From: Felis catus
Lineage: Eukaryota
Length of the DNA stretch: 64,000 nt
Assembly (NCBI RefSeq): GCF_018350175.1
Contig: NC_058381.1
Location: forward strand, 54,994,001-55,058,000
Direction: 5' to 3'
Below the pieces are notes generated by a model. It worked only from the letters and a program-made list of their open reading frames with translations. It did not search any database and had not been told where the DNA came from. Every line of letters begins with the position of its first letter. The stretch's first letter is position 1. The translations under genes and the position numbers were made by a program. Shown piece by piece: positions 33,670 to 43,900 of this stretch.

Positions 33670-34120
33670 GAGACCCAGGATCTGAAGCAGGCTCCAGGCT
33701 CTGAGCTGTCAGCACAGAACCCAATGCAGGGCTCCAACTCACCAACCATGAGAACATGACCTGAGCCGAAGTCAGATGCTTAACTGACTGAGCCACACAG
33801 GCGTCCTGAGACTAGCATGCTCTTAATAGCAAAATGTGACAAGGGCAGTGCAAAAAAAAAAAAAAAAGAAAAAGAAAAAAGAAATATAGGCAAAAATCAC
33901 TCATGAACATAAATACCAAAGTCTGCAACAAAAAAATCAAAAAACTGAACCTAGGGATATATATGCAAGATAGTACATCATTGTCAAGTTAGCTATGACC
34001 CCAGAATACAAAATTGTTTGAACATGAGGAAATCAGTAAGTATAATATGCCACATTGACAAACTAAAGGAGAAAAGGCATATGATCATCTCATAGACACA
34101 GGCAAAAGTATTTGATAGAT
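32960..34120 (+). mobile_element. Old L1 ORF2 fragment with two SINEs (33040-33250 plus; 33570-33806 minus)
   Basis: A-rich L1 motifs (gaaggaaataat...atgccaataaa...aaggagaaaa...atgatcatctca); paralog at about 56960-58125. Confidence 0.78.
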
Positions 34121-34893
34121 TTAAGCAGCACTTTGACCATGGAGGCCATTCTGGACCTCAGGAATCCTCACAGCACCCCGACTGTGCTGGGCTCCTTCCC
34201 TCTGATACTCGATATGGAACAGGGGGTGGGAACAGCCGCTATGAAGTCCTGGCCCCAAACTCCAGAAAGAGCAGGACACAAGGTACCAGAGGTCCAGGAA
34301 GGCATTGGAAGGAATTGGGGTCTCTGGTCCCATGGAAGGAGGTCCCTTTAGCCTATGGGCTGAAACTGGGACCATCACCTTGATCTCTGTGGGCAATAGA
34401 CTCAGACAATGAGCTGTGCAGAGAAACACGTGCCCAGACAAGCTCGATTCTGTCCTGGAGGAGAAGCCGGGAGCCATGAGAGCATCTAAGAGATGGAGAA
34501 TCTTGGCTTTCTAGCACCCCACTCTCTCTCCACGCCCGACAGACCCCACTCAGGCTGGGATGTGCTGATGGTGGAGGCGACCAGGAAAAGAGGAGTTGCC
34601 TTCCCTGAACAAGCCTGTCCTGGCCGAGTCTATCCTTCTTTGCTCCCTCTGGGGAGACCAGGTGGAGACATGCGGAGTTTTGGGAGCTCACTCTTTCTTC
34701 CAATCCCTTCCAGACTCCTGGTGTTCCCCATCCATGCTCACACATGCACACACATGCTCACACAGGCACATGCACACGTGGGTTTTAAGTGAGTTTCGAG
34801 ACTCCTCTCCATCCGATCATCAGCAGAGAAACAGTTTTGACTCTTCTCGGGATGAGTCCCAAGGGCCCAGAGCACAGGAGGGGTAGTGCCTAC

Positions 34894-35223
34894 CTGGTTC
34901 GACAATCGCTGAAAATTTGTACCCTATATCAATGCCGGTCCGCTCAATCCCACACCAGTAGGTGTCTTCATCGTCCCACTGGAGGTTCTCCAAGGTCATG
35001 GTGAATGTGTGTCGGCTGTGATTGTCCTGGATCGACACTCTGCCCCTCTTCACCAGTTGTTCTGACCCGGTGGTTTTAACAAGGATTTTGCAGGAATCCC
35101 AGTCATTCCCACGACACAACCATTTTTTGTGAGATTCCCATCCTGGGCAATACACACAGGATGTGGTCAGTGTGCCCCCATATGTGCCTCTCTCCGCTTC
35201 CTCCTGGCAGGTGCAGAAGTGGC
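34894..35223 (-). pseudogene. CD300LD-like copy A IgV exon (open frame, intact splice sites)
   Basis: 330 nt, phase 1-1, GHFCTCQ...KKWLCRGNDWDSCKILVKT...DTYWCGIERTGIDIG. The leader is frameshifted and no stalk or TM exon follows. Confidence 0.85.
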
Positions 35224-36389
35224 CTAGAAAACAGAAAACCAACATGCACCTTGTCCTTCGTTGGCCCAGAGCTGACCTGGGCACTGCTGGAGCTTCTGGT
35301 CCTGCCCTGAAGACCAGCCAGGAGCCTCTGCTCTCTGTCTAATTGCCACATCCTGCTTGTCCCTTCATCCCCTGCAGGATTTGTTTTGCTGTCAACCCCC
35401 TTTGTGAATCCCCCCTGAGGCTCCTAACTGCCCAATACAGGGGCCTCTGCTCACTTGCTATCTTACTGACCACGGACCCCTCCTCGCCCTCAAGCAGCAC
35501 CTCTTCCTGGCAGCTCAGAGCACACACTGCAGCCACAGGTGTATTTCTGAATCCCAGAGCTGGTGAGACAGTGTGGCCCCCTCCCCATCCATGCCCCCAA
35601 CACTCTAACCCCCACACACCTATAAACCCTCAGCCCCCGAATCGACACATGACATGGAACTAAACACACACACTCACACACATGACAAACGCTCACTCCG
35701 TCCCACAGGTGATTGATTGATTTTTTTACCTACACACCTCGCTATTTTGTTTCTTCATACCTTTGTACAAGCTCTTCCCTCTGCCTACAATGTGCCTTCT
35801 TCTCTGCTTGAAGAAATCAACCCTTATCTTCTCCTTCAAGCCTTGGCTCAAATGGAGTCTCTTCTATGGTTTCTCTAGTTCTGCAGCCAACTCAGTCCCT
35901 CCCGGTGCCACCAGAGCACTTTGTCCCTGTCTTGGTAGTTGAGCTGATAACCTTGGATGTGGCCTGGTCTTTGGATCATCCAGAGCAGAGACCCAGGCAG
36001 GCTGATGTGTGGGGACGAGCAACTCTCCAGAGAGCCTTTCACCCTGGTTTTGCTGCCTGCCTTCCTCCCTGTTGTCTGAGCTCTTCAGAAGAGTGCTTCC
36101 TGGCTTGAGCGACAAATGAAGACCAGTTGTGCTTTTAAATGATGCAGATGCCTGAACCCCACCTTGACTGAGTGGCTCTCTGCTGGAGGTTGGGCACCTG
36201 TGCTTCTTCAGAGTTCCTCAGAATTTCATGCATTTATGTGTGTGTGCATATATATATGTGCATGTATGCATCTATCTATCATCCGTCTATGGATGAGTGA
36301 AAGTCTCTGCCGTTTCCCCAGGACAGACCCTGTCTGTGTCCTGCCCTGGCCCTGCAGGGGTTTGGTCCTGAAGCCCCCATGCCACTCAC

Positions 36390-36422
36390 CGTGGATGACG
36401 AGAAGGAGCAGAGCTGGCACAT
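36390..36422 (-). pseudogene. CD300LD-like copy A leader exon with 7-bp deletion
   Basis: ATGTG|CCAGCTCTG lacks gctgctc relative to the paralogs at 40870 and 60758. The exon is 33 nt (phase 0), so it is out of frame with the IgV exon; the donor gtgagt is intact. Confidence 0.85.
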
Positions 36423-38942
36423 GTCCTGCCTGCCTGGCTTGTCTCCCTGGTGCTCAGCAAATGTCAGCTGCCCTCTGGGGACTTGCACTGAACTCAGAGG
36501 CAAAGTGCCTCTATTTTAAATTTTTTCCTTTTTTAGTTTCTCTCATCTACTTCCCTTAAAATTTTCCTTCCATTACTTCCTAATTTCATTAATTAGAAGA
36601 AAATCAGTGCCTTCTTTGGGAGCATATGGCTGACGTCATCATGTGTCTTCCGTGATTTGCGGAAGCAAAGCATCCCACTGTCCAGGGTGCTACTGCAATT
36701 GTGCGTGAGGACCTGGGGAGCCAGCTGCCAGCCAACCAGGTGACCCAGTGCAGCAGGGAAGGGACACCAGAACCTCAGAGTTGGGTCCAAGGAGGAGATG
36801 GGCACACGTTGGGCTTGCACGTGGGGAAGAATCAGTGCTCAGGGCTCACACCCAGCCTCGCTGGCCATACAGCCCCTTCCTGAACCTCCTTCCGGGCAGC
36901 CCACCTCAGTGCACCCCAGACCACCCTCTCCCTCCCTCGGTCTTGGTCCAGCCCAGATCCTGACCTGTTGCCCCTCCCTCTCAGAGTCCCCTGGAGGTCC
37001 TGAGTCCCTCTGAGGCAAAGGTGCCATGGGAAGATTATAAGGAAGGAGAAGTCGCCCATTCCCATCAGCCTCATTGTGCCCTAGATGCTTCCTTGGTCAC
37101 CCTTGGCAGATTTCCCCTGACTGTGGGCTGTTGGTCACTTTCCAGCCCCAAACTTCTTACTAATGATTCCTACATGACTTTCACACAAGTGTCTCCTCTT
37201 CCTTCAGGTGTCCCCTCCTCTGACTGTCCCCTGCTCCCTTTCCCTCTCCTCTCTGAATCAGTTCTTTTGTCTCCTGTTTTTCTTTTACGTTTTCCAACTT
37301 TGTGAGTTTGGTTCTACCTTTTGGGAGGCCTTTTTTTTTTAATGTAATTTTGTGCTTTTATTCTCTCTTGTAATCTTTGATGAAATACTCAGTTTAAGAA
37401 TTATACTTTTATTTCAAAAGCTCCTTTTTTTTTGTTCTCTGCTTGGTGATGTTTTCAAAAACTCTCCTCACTCTGTGGTCATGCTTTGGTTTGGTCTGGT
37501 CTGCTCTGGTCCTTCTCCTTCATATTACACACCTGCCTCAATGTCTGATCATTGTTTGTTATCTGACTGTAATTGATAATGAGCCAAAACATAGCTGGTT
37601 GGGGTTCTGAGTATGTGGGGACAAAACTCCATGTAAAACAGGTGTGTCGTATGGTGCCAATTTCTTTCAACCGTCTATCCCTTCTTGATATACAGGCTAT
37701 GTCTTCACATGAGCGGGTAGAGGCATCTTCTAAATTCCAGAGTAAAGAGTTTTGAAGGTGACTTCCAGCATCCTCTCTAACGGCCTTGGTTTCCCCAAAT
37801 ATTTCATGAAGTTAAAGAGCCTTCTGGAGGATGGGACTGTTTGTGTCTGGATCGCAGTGCTGGTTGCATGGGTGTGTTTTCTTTGTGCAAATGTGTTGAT
37901 CTTTGCACTTCTGATGTGTGCACTTTCCGTGTGTATTTTATACTCCAATAAAAAAGTTTTATGTTTTATCATGGAAATCTTTCCAAGCCATCACACCTCT
38001 GCTTACTTATTCTTGAAATAGTTGTCTTAATGTTCCATTGTGTGGCTGTAGCACTGTGCACTACTCCTGTATTATCAGCCTTTGACCCTGTTTCCAGCAT
38101 TTTACTCTTGAAAATCTATGCAGTAACCTTCCAGCTCAGGTAAAATGAAGTCAACAACACTCCATAGACCTCGTGCCCTGACTACAGCTAAGAACCCAGG
38201 CAGAATATGTGCAGCGACTGAGTATTCTGCAAAATGAGCCCTAGTTTAAGAGATTGAGGAAGGAAACCAGACCAAGTATAAGACCAATCCAGCTGTGAGT
38301 TTTTCTGATTATTTTCTGATTATATTTCCTTTTATATCCTCCTACCTGAGCGGGAACCCTGCAGCCCACATCCTGAAAGTGCACTCTCAGCAGGACCTTA
38401 AGAGCTCCAGAGGAACAGAAAAACGAAGCACTAATGGAAGGGGGCGGGAGGAATCCCATGTTTTCTTGGTGTTCGTGTTTTCTTTCCCTCCTACCAAGTC
38501 CCCAGCAAGCAAACCTCAGGACGGAAGCTGCAAGTCCACCTGCAGCCGCTGGGGGCAGACAGCTGGAACTCTGAAGGGGGAAGGTCTTTGCTGCCCAGAA
38601 GAGCTTGGGCCCCAAGAGGGGGGAGAGAGAGAGGAATACCAGTGCATCTTCTCTCTTTGTTCTTCTACTGCTTGGCCCTGGATGCAAACCCAATCACAGG
38701 AAGTACACAGCAGACTGGGGAGAGTAAAGCTTCAGCTCTCCAAGCTTCCTAGCCAAAGGACGAGTAAAGGAGGAGGTGGCGGTTCTGAAAGCTGGGAGGG
38801 AATGGGGGAGGATGGAGAAGAGAAAGCAGTTGAAGAAAGGGACGCTTGATCTCCCGGGATCGCGCCCCAGTGGGCTCCTGATCAGACCCTGGGGAGAATA
38901 CTGGAGTTTGAGACTTGGTGAAGGCCATCGCCAGTCACAGAC

Positions 38943-38961
38943 TGGCCACTAGATGGCGCAC
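38943..38961 (+). promoter_or_regulatory. Putative CTCF site
   Basis: TGGCCACTAGATGGCGCAC, a close match to the CTCF core CCAC(C/T)AG(A/G)(G/T)GGCGC. Confidence 0.65.
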
Positions 38962-39454
38962 ATGGGGCATCTGGGAGCGCCTGCAAGGCTCCAGAAAGCT
39001 GAACCAGCGCAGGAACTACAGTCCACAGAAGCCACATTAGCATTTGAAGTCCTAACCTCACCAGCTGGACTGCCTGCCACTAAAGAAACGGAAGTCAGAG
39101 TGAAAGACCTGTCCCGCGAGGTGATAGCATTGCTTTGCATGTTTGTGGTGGTGGTTCTGTGAAATGATCCGTGTGTTAAACACATAGAACCGAACAGCAC
39201 CACAAAGTTGCACCGTATGTAAGATTCGAGAAGTAGCAAAAAGAACAAGAAAAACGCTTGAATCTTTTCGCTCTAAGCGTATGTGGTTTATTTTATCCCA
39301 ATTACACCTCAGTCGACCTTGAGAAAGGAAGGGAGGGAGGGAAAATTTGAGGAGAGGCCAATGTTCCCACTCACCACCCCTGCATAAATTCAGGGCTCAC
39401 TGGGGTCCCAATCCCAAAAGAAGGCTCAGCCTCACACATGGACACAAACAGAAG

Positions 39455-40160
39455 TATAGGAACTTAAGGCAGGTCCCCAGGTAGGCCACCTTGATGTGAA
39501 GATTATTCGGAGGTAAAGGCAGTCAAGACCCTGTGGGCTCCAGAGAAACTTTTGCCCCTCACTAACGACATAAAGAATCTCAATTGGAGGATCTTTGCAG
39601 AATAAGGGTTATTACGAAGGACAAGTGTTATCTGAGTAACGCAGCTGCATGGCAGGGCCAACATCTGTGCACCAAACACTTACTGGTTTCATCTTCCTGT
39701 GAATTGTGCTTCTTCCCTTAGAAATCTCAGACTCCTACCCCCTTCTCCTTCATTCACCATGACATTTTTACCTCTTTTTGCCTGACTGCCATGTCTGTGT
39801 GGACCCCCTGCCCGTATGCTGTTAGATGCGATTTTCTCTTGTTAATCTGTCTCATGTCAATTTGATTCTTAGTCCAACCAGAAGGACCTTGAAGGGGACA
39901 GGAATTCTTTTTTTTTTATTTTCATTTTTTTATGTTTATTTTTGAGAGAGAGAGAGAGAGACAGAGGTGAGTGGGAGAGGGGCAGAGAGAGATGGAGACA
40001 CAGAATCCAAAGCAGGTTCCGGGCTCTGAGCTGTCAGCAGAGAGCCTGACACAGTGCTCGAACCCACAAACTGTGAGATCATGACGTGAGCCAAAGTCGG
40101 ATGCTTAACCAACTGAGCCCCCCAGGAGTCCCAGGGACAGGAATTCTTGTTCTGCATCCC
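39455..40160 (+). mobile_element. ERV1/MER34-like LTR with an inserted SINE (39910-40132, minus)
   Basis: gttaatctgtctcatgtcaatttgattcttagtcca motif; SINE TSD gggacaggaattctt; paralog starts at about 63715. Confidence 0.7.
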
Positions 40161-40869
40161 CCCCACCCCCACCCTGGGCTGGCCAGCCACACCCTCTCCT
40201 ACTCCTCTGGCAAAGCCCTGGGCTGCTCCAGAGCCCCCCAACCCCCACCAAGCCCCCGACCCCTGCAAGGCAATCTGAGGGTGGCAGGCGGCAGGGAGAA
40301 GACCCCCCATCCTCTTTGTCTATGGAAGACTAGTGTGGTGGGGGCAGGTGGAGAGGAACCCCCAGGCCCACGGACCACATGTTGGGACAGATTGACTTTA
40401 GGAGTGCAGATGACAAGAAATGGCATTTGGAGCACATCTGAGCCGCTAACGGGGTGGACAGCTGTACAAAGGGGGCAATAACCAATGGAGGTGGGGAGCG
40501 GGGCTGGGAGATGGGGTACAGGAAGTAGGTGTGCACAGACTGGAGGTGGTGCTAGGGAGGGGAGGGGCAGAGCTCTCCCCAGAGAGAAGGTCCTCAGGGT
40601 CACCCTCCAGGGGGTGCCGAGTTGAGCAGCCAGAGCAAGGAGAGGGAACACCACATCACTTCAGCCATAAGCTCCCAACGGGCAGCACTACTTTGCAATT
40701 GATGAATGAAATTAGGAAGGAACTGAAGAAAAATTATTAAGAAAAGTAGATGAGAGAAACGAAAACGAATAGTTTAGAGAAATAGAAGGCAGTTTGACTC
40801 TGAGCTCTGTTCCAGTCCCCAGAGGGCAGCTGGCATTTGCTGAGCACCAGGGAGACAACCAAGCAGGAC

Positions 40870-40909
40870 ATGTGGCTGCTCCCGGTTCTGTTCCTTCTTG
40901 TCATCCAGG
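40870..40909 (+). CDS. CD300LD: CD300LD-like exon 1 (signal peptide)
   Basis: gacATG; 40 nt; donor CAGG|gtgagt. Confidence 0.88.
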
Positions 40910-43900
40910 GTGAGTGAGGCGGGGCTCTAGGATCGAGCACCTGCAGGGTGGAGGAGGGCAACACAGACAGGGTCTGCATGGGAGGAAGTGGCAGAGCCTT
41001 TCATTCATCCAGACACTTATTCATTAAAAATTTTTTTTAATGTTTTGTTACCTGACAGGTACTAAGTTAGGTGTTGGGGAAGGAAATAAAAATAAATAGC
41101 ACAAATGGTGTCCGTTTTCTAGGGCACAGTTTGTCAACTTGTGGTAGATAGATCCTAAGACAGATGATGGATGGGTGGACGGATGGATGGATGGATGGAT
41201 GGACAGATGGATAGATGATAGATAGTTGCATACACGCACACATATATGCACACACACATAAATGCATGAATTCCTGAGGAACTCTGAAGAAGCCAGATGC
41301 TCGGGCTCCAGCAGAAAGCCACTCAGTTAAGGTGGAGATCAGGCATCTGGATCATTTAAGCCTGTACATTTGGTCTTGAACTATAGCTTGAGCCAGGATC
41401 CTTTTTTCCGAAGACCTCAGACAACAGAGAGGAAGGCAAGCAGCAAAACCAGGGTGACAGGCTCTCTGGAGAGTTGCTCATCCCCACACACCAGCCTGCC
41501 TGGGTCTCTGCTCTGGATGATCTAAAGACAGATCATCATCTAGTGTCCTTAGCATGATACCTGAGACAGGGACTAAGTGGTCTGGTGGCGCCAGCAGCGA
41601 CCAAGTTGGCTACAGAAAGGGAGAAACTGTTTGAGCTGAGCCTTGAAGGATGAATATAAGAGTTTGATTCCTTCAAGCAAAGAAGAAAGCACATTCCTGG
41701 TAGAGGGAAGAGCTTGTACAAAGGTACGAAGACACAGAAGAANNNNNNNNNNNNNNNNNNNNNNNNNNNNNNNNNNNNNNNNNNNNNNNNNNNNNNNNNN
41801 NNNNNNNNNNNNNNNNNNNNNNNNNNNNNNNNNNNNNNNNNNNNNNNNNNNNNNNNNNNNNNNNNNNNNNNNNNNNNNNNNNNNNNNNNNNNNNNNNNNN
41901 NNTCCATGTGATTCAGAGGCTGAGGGTTTGTTGGGGAGCACAGGTAGAGTATCAGGGACATAGATGGGGAGGGGGTCACGCTGTCTCACCAGCTCTGGGA
42001 TTCAGAAATACACCTGTGGCTGCAGTGTGCGCTCTGTGCTGCTGGGAGAGGTGCTGCTTGAGGTCGGGCAGGGGACGGTGGTCAGTAGGATGGTGAGTGT
42101 GCAGACAGCCCTGTATTGGTTAGGAGAGTTAGGAGCCTCAAGGGGGATTCACAAGAGGGGTGACAGAAAAGAAATCCTGCAGGGGATGAAGGGACAGACG
42201 GGATGTGCCAATTAGACAGAGGGCAGAGGCTCCTGGCTGGTCTTCAGGGCAGGGCCAGAAGCCCAAGCGGCACCCGGGTCAGCCCTGGGCTCAAGGAAAG
42301 ATAAGATGCATGTTGGGTTTCTGTTTTCTAGGCCACTTCTGCACCTGTGAGGGAAAAAAGGTGAGAGGCACATTGGGGGGCACACTGACTGTGCGCTGTG
42401 CATACGGTCCGGGATGGGAATCCTACAAGAAGTGGTTGTGTCGCGGGACTGACTGGGATTCCTGCAAAATCCTTGTGAAAACCACTGGGTCAGAGCAACT
42501 GGTGAAGAAGGGCCAAGTGTCCATCCAGGACAATCACAGCCGACGCACATTCACCATGACCTTGGAGGATCTCCAGCAGGACGACGCAGACACTTACTGG
42601 TGTGGGATCGAGCAATTTGGCACTGACGTGGGGATCGAATTTTCCGTGATTGTCAGTCCAGGTAAGAACCACTCATCCTGTGCTCTGGGGTCATGGGACC
42701 CACCCCCAGAGGAGTCAGGACTGTTTCTCTGCCTTCCCCCATAGAGGGAGAGGAGTCTCGAAACTTGCCTGAGACTACACGTGTGCATGTGTTTGTGTGG
42801 GTGGGGGACACCAAGATTCTGGGAAAGACTGGAAGAAAGTGCGAGCCTCCACAACTCCGCATGTCTCCATCTGGTCTCCCCAGAGGGAGCAGAGAAGGGC
42901 AGACTCAGCCAGGACAGGCTTTTCCAGGGAAGGCAGCTCCTCTTTTCCCGGTCACGTTCACGTCAGCACATCCCAGCCTGCATGGGGTGATGTCAGGCAT
43001 ACAGGGAGGGGTGGGATGCTAGAAAGCCATGATCCTGATGGTCTCAGCTACAGAACAAGTGACCTTCTCCATGCCCCCTCCCTGCTCCCCTCTCTCCTCT
43101 GGCACAAGGGAGCAGGTGAGGAACCGTGAGCCCATATTTAGGAGAATGAAAAGCAGGTTCCACTATGGTGCAGAAACCTTCTCTTCTGCCTCTATCCTTG
43201 GAGAGACCCTGGGCTCCCCTGCAGCTGCCCCAGAAGCACTAGGCCCTCCCTGGAGACAAGCCTGGAAGGAGAGTCAGGCTGTAGCCCCCGCCCCACAGCT
43301 CTGCCTCTGGACCCCTAAGTCTTGTCTCCAACACACAGACACACAGACACTAGGGAGGTTTACATTTGCTACTGATTGCTCCATTTCTAAAGCAGAGAAA
43401 AGTCTCTTCAAACTTAGAATATGCAAATATGGTGTGCAAATATGTGCAGTGGGGACGGATGCTGGTCTTAGAATGTTTTAGAAATTAACTGAAAAGAAAT
43501 TAACACCACAAAGGTGGTGGATGTGTGCAAGGGTGGAGGAGGAGTTGGTGCCAGAGAATTGGAGTCTGGACCCTTGACCCAGATGACTTTCCCCGGGCAG
43601 GCCTGGAGAAGTAAGAAAGCAAGCCCTGGGGAGGCAGGAAGGACCGCAGTGGGAAGCAGGGGCTGCGGGCACTCGGCAGTCCCAGGAGACAGGGGACCCT
43701 GGGCCTGCCAGCTCTTGGGTCACATCGCTTCAGGGCAGCTGGCACAGAGCCTGCTTCAGGCCAGGCTGAGACTCAGAAAGGAGCCTGCCTGGCTGATTTA
43801 AGGCTCCAGGGATTGGGAACATGGTTCTGACATGCTCAGCTATGCCCAGCAGGACACTGAGATGAAACTGAATGGGAATTGCCCACATAACCAGCAACCC

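Larger units (their letters stand above)
40700..43035 (+). repeat. Inverted duplicate of about 34495-36595 (and of about 58500-60930)
   Basis: Reverse-complement similarity across the leader, intron 1, IgV exon and start of intron 2. Confidence 0.88.
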
